A program made the translations under genes and the position numbers. Below, one piece after another: positions 43,470 through 54,945 of a stretch of 64,000 nt of DNA. The stretch comes from Octopus sinensis (Eukaryota), in contig NC_043000.1 of the NCBI RefSeq assembly GCF_006345805.1, positions 81,778,001 to 81,842,000 on the forward strand, written 5' to 3'. Numbering within the stretch: the stretch's first letter is position 1; every line of letters starts with the position of its first letter. The notes below the pieces were generated by a model that saw only the letters and a program-made list of their open reading frames with translations, did not search any database and was not told the origin of the DNA.

Positions 43470-43640
43470 TACATACACACACATAACAAAATTATCAACC
43501 ACACATATATACACACACACCAAAAGAATTACCAGAACACACAATAGAAGTACCAAAACACACACACATGTATGTGTGTGTGTATATATATATATACACA
43601 CAATTTATACATATTTTAGAAAAAAATACCGAAACCTTAC

Positions 43641-43805
43641 GTTTATTTTAGTCATTCCAACAATTTTGTCCACCTCGAAGAACTCTTCCGATTCTTTGAG
43701 TGGATCGATCGGCAGTTTCCGTCGTCCGTAGTTCTTCTTACAGTCCATTTCTCGGTGATTCTGCTCAGATGAGAACAGCGTCACACCTTCCTTCTCTTCC
43801 GCCAT
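43641..43805 (-). CDS. First coding exon of a chromodomain protein (M-phase phosphoprotein 8-like; CBX/HP1 family not excluded)
   Basis: ATG in the context aatATGGCG, then 55 codons MAEEKEGVTL...KESEEFFEVDKIVGMTKIN, then a phase-0 donor AAC|GTAAGG at 43640. An acidic patch plus FEVDKIVGM is a chromodomain N-terminus (compare human MPP8 DVFEVEKILDMKTEG, from memory). I did not find exon 2 (expected Y.V.WKG...TWEP) in the window. Confidence 0.8.
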
Positions 43806-44960
43806 ATTGACACACAACTAGAGGAGGACGAGGAGGAGAGCAAGTGGAAGTAAGAGAGTGAGTGAACGATGGAGGATGAGGAGAGGGAAAGTAGAAAAAC
43901 GACAGAGAGGGGGAAGTGAAAGGAATAGAGAGACGTACGAGAAGGCGAGAGAGGGAGTGATGGGTGTAGATAGAGTAAGTGTTACAAGAGAGAAAGTATG
44001 AGATTGTAAAGGGAAGTTTAAGAAAGGCAATGAGTGGAGCCAGAGAAGAAGGGAAGTATATGAAGGAGAATGAGCGTAGCGAAGGAGGGAAGGAAAGAGG
44101 GAAGTAATAGAAGGAGGATGAGATGCAAGTAGAAGGTGAAAGAGAGAGAGAAAAGGAGGCAGACAGTCTGAGAGAAACAGAGAGGAAGAGGCAGACAGCG
44201 AGAGAAAGAGACAATGATAATGAAGAGAATGAGGGTGGTGGGAGCTAGCGGATGGGGAGTGACGGGAGAAGGAAGAGGTGTTCTCTCTTTTTTTTTTTAC
44301 CACTAGTGATAATGGTGGTGGGAGTAACGATGGTGCAGTGGGAGTAGTATAAATCACAGTGGTAGGAGGTTGGAGGGTGAGAAGGTGAATAAATTCCTTC
44401 TGTCTTTTTTTCCTTTTTTTTTATATATATGGCGGTGAATGGAGGTGGTAAAAGACGGGTCGGAGGAAAAAGAAAAATTTCATGTAGTATTTTACATGGT
44501 GCTTGTTTTTTATATTTTATACATATATATATATGTTATGTATATATATATGTATAACATATACTTTTTTATATACTTGTATATATAATATAATATTATA
44601 CATACATACACTCATATGTTATACACATATATATATTATATATGCGTGTGTGTGTATATATATTGTTGTCAGGTCACGGTCAGCTGCCTACAAAAAATAT
44701 GTATATATTCGGATGTGTATGCGCATATGTATATGTATAATCCGTGTGTTTCCCCCCCACCTCTCGACTTATATATATATGTATGTATATTTATATATAC
44801 ACATAGGTAAAGTCGACTTATAGTAGAGGGGGAGAAAGCATCCAGCGTGGAACTTGGTCTAACGGTCGACAGTAGCGATTCCTAGTCGACATCGTTCCCA
44901 GCAGACAGACATGAAGAGAATGGTAAGAAAACATCAACTCTATCCAACGGCCAACAACAC
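43806..44960. promoter_or_regulatory. Pyrimidine-rich 5' UTR (minus strand) and promoter region of the chromodomain gene
   Basis: Strong purine/pyrimidine strand skew at 43820-44280. YY1-like ATGGCGG at 44429. CpG-rich patch with three GTCGAC at 44812-44890. Confidence 0.45.
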
Positions 44961-44979
44961 ACTAAACCGGAGCCACTAT

Positions 44980-45260
44980 CGCTGCTGCTGATACAGCTGC
45001 TTTACTACTGCTTCACTGCTGCTGCTGCTGGCTACTACAACAATACTAACATTAGCAGCAGTGGTACAATAATAACAACTACTTCTAAAACTACAATAAT
45101 TCGATGATAGTAAATTTGTATTGATGCTAGTGTGATAGTACTGACTATAATAAAAGTAGTAATAGCGGTTGTGGTGGTTGTGATACTTGAAGTGGTGTTA
45201 ATGTTTGTGTGGTAGTTGTGACGGTGGTGGTGGTAATGTTAGTATGATTGTACTGACGAT

Positions 45261-45294
<34 letters not shown>

Positions 45295-47030
45295 GCTGGT
45301 AATGTTGGTGTGATAGTACTAATGGTAATAGCGGTAGTGATAACGTTACTGTAGTAGTAGTAGTATACAGAACTCAGACAACAAAAAGCCAAATATATAA
45401 AAGATCTCTCTTTTTTTCTCTTTCTCATCTCTCATTTTTTGTCTTCCTCCCTCTATCTCACTTCCTCTCTCATTCATCTCTCTTTCTCACTTTTTCTTTG
45501 TCTTCCTCTCATCTTTTCTTTTTGTCTTTCTCCGTCTATCTCATTACCTCCCTCCTTCACTCTTCTTCTTTCTCTCTATCATACTTTCTATCATATTTTC
45601 TTTGTCTTTCTCTCATCTTTTCTTTTAGTCTTTCTCTCACTCACTTTCTATCTCCCAGTCTTCCTCTCTCTCTCATTTTTTTGTCTTCCTCTCATCTTTT
45701 CTTTCATTCTCTTTCTCTCTATTTCACTTCCTCTCTCACTCATCTCTTTCTCTTTGTCTTCCGCTTCTTTCGTTTCCTTTTCTGTCCTCTCCGTCTAATT
45801 TTCTCTCTCTCTCTCATTTCTCTATTGTTTTTTTTATGTCACGTCTTAACCTTTATTTGCTTTTGTTGTTGTCTCGTTTGGTTCTTAGTTCCTTTCTCTT
45901 TTTTAAGAGGTGTAGAGTGGTGGCAGTGCTAGTAGTAATAGAAGTAGTAGTAGTTACAGTGGGAATGAGGGAGATGGTGATAGGGTTTAACTTGGTGGTG
46001 GGATTCATATTAATGATGGTGTTGGTGGGTAAGGAGTATGGTGATTGTGGGAATGACGCTCGTGGGAATGATAAGGGTAGTGATGATGATGATGATGGCT
46101 GTAGTGGGAATACGGCGGTAGTGCTGGAGGAAATGGCTGTAATAGCGGTGGTAATGATGATGATGTTCAATGTCATGGGAATACGGTGGTGGTGGTATTG
46201 CAAATGGTATTGATGGTTGTGGTGGCTAGAGTAGGAATATGTTGGTGGGGGTGGCTGGATTGCGTGAGCGACCACAGAATCTCCTCGGTGGTAGTTGTGG
46301 TGGTAGTGATGGTGGTGGTGATGAGGTGGAGGGAATGATCATAATGGTAATAATGGTGGTAGTGTTGGTGGCTATGATGGTAATAATAATGAAGGTTGTG
46401 GTAATGATTGTGGTAGTGGTAATAATAATAGTAATAATGGCAATGTCAATGGTGGTACTGATGGCGATGGCAGTGGTGGTAAAGATGTGGTGAATAGTGG
46501 TGGTAAAAGATGGTGGTGGTAGTAGTAGTGGGGTTGGGGGTATTGGGGGAAGGTGGTATTGGTGATGGTGGGCATGGCAGTAGTATTAGTCTTGATAGGA
46601 GGAGTAGTGGTGCTAAACTGATGAGCGTGGTAGCATTGAGGGTAATCATGGCGGGGGTAATGAGGGTGGTGGTAGTGGTGGTAATAGTGGAGGATGGGAT
46701 GGTGGTGGTGAAGATGATGGTGGTAATAACGGCGATGGTGATGGAGGTAAAGATGGTGATTGTAATGATGGTAATGACAGTTATTGTAATATTGGAATCA
46801 TGGTGATGGTAGTAGTCGTAATGATGGTGGTGGTGGTGGTGGGAATAATAATGATGGTGAAGGCGTTGGTAATGGTGATGACAGTGATGGTGGTTGGGTG
46901 GGGTGGTGGTGATAGCAATTGTAGTGACGATGGTGAGGGAGGGTGGCTGTGGTGCTAGTGATGATGATAATGATGGTGATAGCGGCGGTAATAATAGTTG
47001 TTGTAGTGGTGGAATTATTAAAGGTTATTC
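44980..47030. repeat. Low-complexity block of (CTG/CTA)n, (TAG/GGT)n, CT-rich and (GGT/GAT/AAT)n degenerate tracts
   Basis: Read directly. Confidence 0.9.
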
Positions 47031-47289
47031 TAGGGTTATTCTTTGAAGGGTTATTTATGAATATTCGCGTGGTTATTTCTCCTTCACTAAGCGCCAAGTT
47101 GGAACTATAGTATATTGAAATTAAATGGAATAAAATCCTTGTGAAAATCCCTTTAAAAACACAAAAACCCTATAAATTTGTTGAACGAATTGAAAGAATT
47201 AAAGACGAAGGGTTTGGAAAACGAAGTCAATACGTGAATCTCTGTGTGCGTGCATGTATGTGAGTCAATATATACAAACATACATACAC

Positions 47290-47335
<46 letters not shown>

Positions 47336-47449
47336 CATGGAGACGGAAATTGGTAGGAGGTAGGACGGGAGACCAGCAGTGGAGGTGTTTTAGATATATA
47401 TATAGAGATAGATAGATAGATTATCTCTGTTTCTCTCTTTCTCTCTCTG

Positions 47450-47485
47450 AAGGTGTGCACATTCATGTGTGAGTGTATGAGAGAG

Positions 47486-47517
<32 letters not shown>

Positions 47518-48685
47518 CATGCGTGCGTGCGTGCGCGCAAATGTATTTGTGTATGTTTATGTCTGCGTGTTTCTCTCTGTCTGTCTCCAGTTCTGTGTGT
47601 ATATTCTTATCTCTGTCTGCAAGTGGGTGTTATCTCCTCCAGTATGTCTGTCTCTCCTCTTCTCTTTGTGAGTGTGCGTGTATGTACGTATGCACGTCTG
47701 TATATATATATTTTAGTGTGAATATGAAAATGTGTGTCAGTATCAACTTTATAATATGCGTGCATGTTTACTCTCTTTGTCTATATATGTATGTGTTCAA
47801 TCTTTGTGTATCTGTCGCTGTGTGTATGTCATACTCTGTGTATGTATCTTTTTCTGTCAGCCTCCCGGTGTGTGCGCGTGTGTATGTGCGCGCATGTATG
47901 CGTGTATTTACCTTCTTTCACTGTTCAAATTACACTCTCTTTCTTTCTCCCCCCTCTCTGCCTTTCTTTAGTGTGTGCATCTATTTGTGCGTGTGTGTGT
48001 ATGTGTGTATGCATCTTTCCCCTTTGTTTATACGTCTATCTCTTGATTTGTGTCTGTAAATCTTCGTTATATTCTCGTTTTCTTTCACTCTCTCTTTCTC
48101 ATTCACTCTCTCTAAATTCATGTGTGTGTGTGTCTATACATTAATCTATATGTATGTGTGCATGTGCGAATTTTCCACCACTCTCCTCTTTTATCTTCGA
48201 TCTAGTGTGAGCATGTGGAAATCAATGTGTATATGTGTATGTATTCTGTATGCATGTGTTTATCTGTTTCTGAATATATGAGTGAGATCACATTCTGTTC
48301 GCTCTCTCTCCAAACACACACACATATACGTATATACATACACATACATACTTGTGTGTGTGTATACATTTATGTGTAAGTATATTTTAGACTATCAATG
48401 TATTTTTCTCTGTATGCGTGAGTATACATACACTCACATACATACATACATACATACATACATACATACATACATACATACATACATAGATACATACATA
48501 CGTACGTACGTACGTACGTACGTTCGTGCGTGTGTGTGTGATTCTATGTATGTATTTTAGTATATGTATAAAGATAGTGTCTGTATCAGAGTGAGTGTTG
48601 CTCATTAAGAATATGTACATGAATGTTTGTATGTAATTGTGGATGTGGAAGTGTGTGTGTGATGTGTGTGTGTGTGTGTGTGTAA
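47450..48685. repeat. Degenerate (TG)n/(TC)n/(CATA)n/(CGTA)n microsatellite block
   Basis: Read directly. Confidence 0.9.
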
Positions 48686-49057
48686 GCAAGCAGCTGCTCA
48701 ATTGTTCAGACTGTTACCTCCCACACCACCACAACCAACACCAAAAGCAACTCTGGCACCCCCTTACTCTCAACTTACAATGGTACTTCCCGACTTCCCC
48801 TTCTAACTCTTTCTCTCGCTCTATATATAAATGTCTCTCTTTATCTCTCTTCTTTTCTCCGTCTCTCGCTCTCTCTATCTTCCGCTCATTCAATACATGC
48901 CTTCTACCTCTCCAAACTCCTGCTGTTTCTTTTCCTTTTACTTCTTCTTCCTCCACTATTGCTGCTGCTGTTGTGACTGTCTATAATGTTGTAGTTCCCT
49001 ATCCCACTCACATAATGAACTCGTCCACTAACCCTAACAAACACTAAGTCGGTGGAA

Positions 49058-49108
<51 letters not shown>

Positions 49109-49168
49109 CATACATACATACATACATAAATACACATATATACACACATATATGTATGCACACATACG

Positions 49169-49203
<35 letters not shown>

Positions 49204-49254
49204 TATTATCTATGTGTGTGTGTATATATATATATACATACATATATGCATATA

Positions 49255-49305
<51 letters not shown>

Positions 49306-49347
49306 ATATACAACACACCATATATGTATGTATATATTATATATATA

Positions 49348-49378
<31 letters not shown>

Positions 49379-49409
49379 CAAGCATATATATATATATATA
49401 TATATATAG

Positions 49410-50553
49410 CATCATCATCATCATCATCATCGTTTAGCGTCCGTTTTCCATGCTAGCATGGGTTGGACGGTTCAACTGGGGTCTGTGAAGCCGGAAGGCT
49501 TCATCAGGCCTAGTCAGATCTGGCAGTGTTTCTACGGCTGGATGCCCTTCCTAACGCCAACCACTCCGTGAGTGTAGTGGGTGCTTTTTACCTGCCACCC
49601 GCACAGGTGCCAGACAGAGCTTGCAAACGGCCACGAACGGATGGTGCTTTTTATGTGCCACCGGCACGGGGGCCAGGCGAGGCTGGCAACGGACACGATC
49701 GGATGGTGCTTTTTACGTGCCACCAGCACGAGGCCAGTCGGGGCGGCGCTGGCAACGGTCACGAACGGATGGTTCTCTTACATGCCACCGGCACTGGTAA
49801 CACATCTGCAATTTCCATTGATCGATTTCGATTCTGATCCTCACTTGCCTCAACAGGTCTTCACAAGTAGAGTTTTGTGTCCCAAGAAGGGAAGGTATGC
49901 ATACGTAGGCTGGCTCCATCCCATGTAGAAGGCCACGGGTTATGGTCTCACTTGTCCTGCCGGGTCTTCTCACGCACAGCACACTTCCAGAGGTCTCGGT
50001 CTCTAGTCATTTCCTCAGTGAGACCTAAAGTTCGAAGGTCGTGCTTCACCACCTCGACCCAGGTTTTCCTGGGTCTGCCTCTTCCACAGGTTCCCTCAAT
50101 CGCTAGGGTGTGGCACTTTTTCACACAACTATCTTCATCCATTCTCGCCACATGCCCATACCAGCGCAATCGTCTCTCTTGCACACCACAACTGATGCTT
50201 CTTAGGTCCAGCTTTTCTCTCAAGGTACTTACACTCTGCCGAGTATGAGTACTGACATTACACATCCATCGGAGCATACTGGCTTCATTTCTTGCGAGCT
50301 TACGCATATCCTCAGCAGTCATGCCCCATGTTTCACTGCCATGTAGCATGGCTGTTCGTACACACGCATCATACAGTCTGCCTTTTACTCTGTGCGAGAG
50401 GCCTTTTGTCACCAGCAGAGGTAAGAGCTCTCTGAACTTTGCCCATGCTATTCTTACTCTAGCAGTTACACTTTCAGCACACCCGTCCCCGCTGCTGACT
50501 TGGTCACCTAGGTAACGGAAACTATCAACTATTTCTAGTTTTTCTCCCTGGAA
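49410..50553 (-). mobile_element. Young 5'-truncated RTE-clade LINE
   Basis: Uninterrupted frame FQGEKLEIVDSFRYLGDQVS..AMLHGSETW..RLRWYGHV..GRGRPRKTW to the stop at 49948. 3' UTR has tandem repeats and a (GAT)n tail at 49410-49431. Inserted in (TA)n with CpGs retained. Confidence 0.95.
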
Positions 50554-50770
50554 AATATATATATATATATATGCATATATACATATATGTACATACTTAT
50601 ATATGTATATATATATGCATATGTGGATACATCACAAAACGTAAACAACATGAAATACGAAGACAAATAACATAAAAAACGACCCTTCATCAGTTGTCGG
50701 CTGTCCATCTACTCCTCATTATATATACATATAATATACATACATACATACATACATACATATATTATAT

Positions 50771-50802
<32 letters not shown>

Positions 50803-50816
50803 ATATATATATATAT

Positions 50817-50942
50817 ATCAAATGAAAGACAGAAAATGGAATACATGAGAATTTATTATTAATCACGACAAATGTTTTGACACATCTAGCATTGATTCCT
50901 CTTGGGTGGAACATTCAACAACTGGTTCAGGAGCATCCAGTG
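50817..50942 (-). mobile_element. Probable Penelope-like terminal-repeat fragment in (TA)n
   Basis: Minus strand tcAAAAC-ATTT-GTC is one transition away from the hammerhead half GAAAC-ATTT-GTC, followed by AATAAA. TA tracts on both sides. Confidence 0.45.
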
Positions 50943-51082
50943 ATATATATAAATATATATATACTGTTGTGTCTGGGGAGAGTCATTCTCTTTTAGTACC
51001 TTATTATTTAACACACTCACCGGTAAAATTTCCACTTATTTCTTATTTTCATTGCGTCTTGCAACCTTTTCAATAGTCTTGA

Positions 51083-51119
51083 CTATTGAAAAGGTTGCAA
51101 GATGCAACGAAAATTTTAG
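51083..51119 (+). ncRNA. Minimal type I hammerhead ribozyme motif, U3-A8 core variant
   Basis: Manual parse: CUA / UUGAAAA / G / GUUGC-AAGAU-GCAAC / GAAA-AU-U-U / UAG. Confidence 0.6.
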
Positions 51120-51169
51120 AAAATAAAAATAAGAAATAAGTGGAAATTTTACCAGTGAGTGTGTTAAAT

Positions 51170-51494
51170 TTAAAAGACTCCGCCGGTTACGACGACGAGC
51201 GTCCCAGCTGATACGATCAACGGAACAGCTTGCTCGTGAAATTAACGTGCAAATGGCTGAGCATTCCACAGACACGTGTACCCTTAACGTAGTTCTCGGG
51301 GATAATCAGCGTGACACAGAGAGTGACAAGGCTGACCCTTTGAAATACAAGTACAACTCATTTTTGCCAGCTGAGTGGACTGGAGCAACGTGAAATAAAG
51401 TGTCTTGCTCAAGGACACAACGCGTCGCCGGGAATCGAACTCACAACCTTACGATCATGAGCCGAATGCCCTAACCACTAAGCCACGCGCCCTC
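51170..51494 (-). mobile_element. Full-length, young tRNA-derived SINE with an 11-bp target-site duplication
   Basis: A box TGGCTTAGTGG and B box GTTCGATTCC. GTGTGTTAAAT duplicated at 51159-51169 and 51495-51505. Confidence 0.92.
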
Positions 51495-51606
51495 GTGTGT
51501 TAAATAATAAGGCTCTAAAAGGGAATGACTCTCCCCAGACACAACAGAATATACTTCAACACATGAACTCATATAAAGAATCTTGCAAACCAAATCCAAA
51601 AACGAA

Positions 51607-51641
<35 letters not shown>

Positions 51642-51685
51642 TATATGTAGATAGATAGATAAATAGATAGACAGATACATACATA

Positions 51686-52410
51686 CCGATTTAGACCATT
51701 GCTGACCTTCAGGAACATTGTGCGCTCTAGAACTAACTTATATTTTGCATTTGCAGCTCCGTTGGTGGCTAATGAACCCTATTCTTGACAAGCATACACG
51801 ACTGCAAACATTGCAGATCTAGCTTTCTGTATTCACTACACCAGCAGTGCACTTTCGAGCAGGACGCTTAAGATTTTCATGCAGAATATGTGCTCTTTCA
51901 AAAGTGTCAACTCCTGCTTCCTTAACCTGCATCCTCCATCTGTGGAGATGACAGGCATTGTTCTCCCAGTCAATCTCCTGCATATCACAGGCCTTTAATG
52001 AGGACTTGACACAGTCCTTAAATCACAGCCTTGGTTTCTGCCAGGGTATCTTCCATTCACAAGTTCCCTGTATAGCATCTGCTTAGGGATCCTGCTATCC
52101 TTCAATCTAATAAGGTGTCCAGTCCAATGTAACCAGTGCTTGTGCACCATCGCCCTAATATTCAAGATTTCAGCTGTCCTCAGGACCTTTGTGTCTGGAG
52201 ATTTTAAGGTCCAGCCAACATTCAGAATGTGTCTGAGACATCTCTGATGAAAGCATTCAAGGACCCTTATATGACGGATGTAAAGGGTCCATGTCTCACA
52301 TGAGTAAAAGAGAGATGTCAGTACACATGCTCAGTACACTGCAATTTTTGTTTGTTTTGTGATGCCATGCTGGGACCAGACACGAGACTGAAGAGACTGG
52401 AAGGAATCTA
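51686..52410 (-). mobile_element. Decayed RTE/BovB-like LINE, 3' fragment
   Basis: FQSLQSRVWSQHGITKQTKIAVY*ACVLTSLFYSCETWTLY..FHQRCLRHILNVGW..WTGHLIRLKDSRIPKQMLYREL. Confidence 0.92.
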
Positions 52411-52424
52411 CATACATACATACA

Positions 52425-53228
52425 TAGGTGTAGACATGGCTATGTGGTAAGATTCCTAGTTCAGTCTCACTGTGTGGCACCTTATGTAAATGTCTTTTAC
52501 TGTAGCCTTCAGTTGACCAAAGCTATGTGAGTGGATTTGGTAGACAGAAACTAAAAGAAGCCTACTGCATGTGTGTGTGTGTGTTTGTTTGTTTAAGCTC
52601 CCCACCACCACCACACCACTACTTGATAACCATAGTTGCTGTGTTTACCTCCACATAACTTAGTGGTTTGGTAAAAGAGATCAATTGAATAAGTACCAGG
52701 TTTAAAAAATAGTAGATACTGGAATCAATTCATTTGGCTAAAATTCTTCAAGGCAATGGCCCAGAAGCCCAAAACAAGTAAAACATAAAGGATATAGACA
52801 TGGCAGCGTCGTGGTTAGAAGTTTGCTTCTCAACCACATTGTTCTGGGTTCAGTCCCACTGCGTAGCACCTTCGGCAGGTGTCTTCTACTATAGCCTCAG
52901 GCTGACCAAAGCCTTGTGAGTGGATTTGGTAGACGGAAACTGGAAGAAGCACTTTGTATATATATCGTTGCCATTATATTTAACTGTCATATGTCCAAAT
53001 TTGGACCAAGCGCATTTTTTTTTCAATATTTATTTTTGTTTGCAATAGCTGGTTCTTTAGGTCAAACTATCGTATCTCCCACTGCTTCAGATGCCAAGTT
53101 ATCACACATTGTCAAAGTGTTGTACAACGGTTTTGTTATGTAATGGTGAAACTATTTTTTTGCTTTCTGAAAAAGCAACGTATTGGACTTAACGACATAT
53201 TTGCATAATAGCAGCGATGTGTGTGTGT

Positions 53229-53264
<36 letters not shown>

Positions 53265-53512
53265 CTATGTGTGTGTGTATCTATGTGTGTGTGTTTTTGT
53301 GTCTGTGTTTGTCACCCCATCACCGCTTGACAACCAGCACTGGTGTATTTATGCTACAGTAACTTAGTGATTCGGCAATAGAAACCAATAGAGTAAGTAT
53401 TAGGCTTATAAAGAATAAGTCCTGAGGTCGATTTCTCCAGCGAAAACTCTATAAGGTGGTGCTCCAGCATGGTTGCAGTCAAACGACTGATACAAGTAAA
53501 AGAATACAAGAA
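52425..53512 (+). mobile_element. Two tandem family A SINEs, the second interrupted by a MITE
   Basis: Heads at ~52425 and ~52795; tails ending aagtaaaa at ~52785 and ~53500. Confidence 0.8.
52964..53218. mobile_element. MITE with 14-bp imperfect TIRs in a TA/TG tract (Tc1/mariner-like target)
   Basis: ATCGTTGCCATTAT / ATAATAGCAGCGAT (2 mismatches). Interrupts the SINE's internal microsatellite. Confidence 0.6.
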
Positions 53513-53569
53513 AGAATATATAAAATATGGTAGAATGTATAGGATATACAGAACTCAATACTAAGGTAT

Positions 53570-54118
53570 TCTTATTCTTTTATTTGTTTCACTCATTTGA
53601 CTGTGGCCATGCTGGAGCACCACCTTTAGTTGAACAAATCGACCCCAGGACTTATTTTTCGTAAGCCTAGTACTTATTCTATCAGTCTCTTAAGCTGAAC
53701 CGTTAAGTTGCGGAAACGTAAACACACCAGCATCAGGTGTCAAGTGATGGTGGGGGAACATACGCAGACACACACACACACACACTCTCTCAGAGTGGTT
53801 GGTGTTAGGATGGGCATCCAGCTGTAGAAACTCTGTCAGATCAAGATTGGAGTCTGGTGCAGCCATCTGGTTCACCAGTCCTCAGTCAAATCGTCCAACC
53901 CATGCTAGCATGGAAAACGGACGTTAAACAATGGTGATGATGATGATGATGATGATACGATGGACTTCTTTCAGTTACCATCTACCAAATCCACTCACAT
54001 GGCTTTGGTCAGCCCCAGGCTGTAGTAGAAGACACTTGCCCAAGTTGCCACGCTGTGGGACTGAGCCCAGAACCATGTGGTTGGTAAGCAAGCTACTTAC
54101 CACACACCCACTCCAGCA
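53570..54118 (-). mobile_element. Family A SINE with a nested plus-strand RTE 3' end (~53785-53956)
   Basis: SINE halves at 53570-53780 and 53959-54118. The insert gagtggttggtgttaggatgggcatccagc...(GAT)n matches the 49410 LINE terminus. Confidence 0.82.
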
Positions 54119-54548
54119 CCTATATATACATTTAAAAAAAAAATTTATTTAGTAGAAGCTGCAAAGAGATTCAGGGGTCAAGAGATTTGTGGAAGCTATG
54201 CATGAAACTCTCTTATCTTGCTTAACTTCATAACTTGTACTAATTTCATATGTATGTGCCAGTATGTGTGTGTGTGTACTTGTTCATATATATCTGTGTA
54301 TGTAAATAGGCAAGAAGTTAGGCAGTAGGTATTCTGTGAACAGAGAAATATATGTAGATATACATAATCATGCTGTTAGGGCTGGGTACTTCACTTTGGA
54401 AAACCACATGATTCCTGATCTATCCCAATACAGTAGGATAGACTTAGAATCCAAAGGGATTTTTTACCTAAAATTTACATGTTATAATTTAATATGTTAT
54501 TATCATTTGCTCATTTACTTAGAATTCTAATGTTTCAAAAAGAAATTA

Positions 54549-54591
<43 letters not shown>

Positions 54592-54629
54592 AGAACATGT
54601 TTGGATTGACTTTATATATATATATATAC

Positions 54630-54945
54630 TCTTTTACTCTTTTTTTACTCTTTTACTTATTTCAGTCATTTGACTGCGGCCATGCTGGAGCACCACCTTT
54701 AGTCGAGCAAATCGACCCCGGGACTTATTCTTTGTAAGCCCAGTACTTATTCTATCAGTCTCTTTTGCCGAACCGCTAAGTGACGGGCACGTAAACACAC
54801 CAGCATCGGTTGTCAAGCAATGCTAGGGAGACAAACACAGACACACAAACACATACACACACATACATATATATATATACATATATACAACAGGCTTCTT
54901 TCAGTTTCCGTCTACCAAATCCACTCACAAGGCATTGGTCGGCCC
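54630..54945 (-). mobile_element. Family A SINE truncated at a Penelope-like insertion
   Basis: The family A sequence stops at ggcattggtcggccc. Confidence 0.85.

Larger units (their letters stand above)
50964..51606. mobile_element. Head-to-head Penelope-like terminal-repeat hairpin; right arm interrupted by a SINE
   Basis: Left arm 50964-51078 pairs with 51081-51169 plus 51506-51549. Axis at TAGTC-TT-GACTA. TA tracts on both sides. Confidence 0.8.

Noticed and set aside
45439-47097. Hydrophobic V/M-rich and S/L/F-rich ORFs resembling membrane proteins
   Set aside because: They derive from (GGT/GAT)n and CT-rich low-complexity DNA and overlap in multiple frames.
50630-50720. CTGATGA on the minus strand (50687-50693) as a hammerhead core
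   Set aside because: No stem II or GAAA follows. It may be a PLE-related fragment but is not a parsable ribozyme.
51420-51494. tRNA gene (similar heads at 19855 and 55420-55492)
   Set aside because: A and B boxes are present, but the sequence continues into a SINE body, has a target-site duplication at 51159/51495, and lacks a clean acceptor stem.
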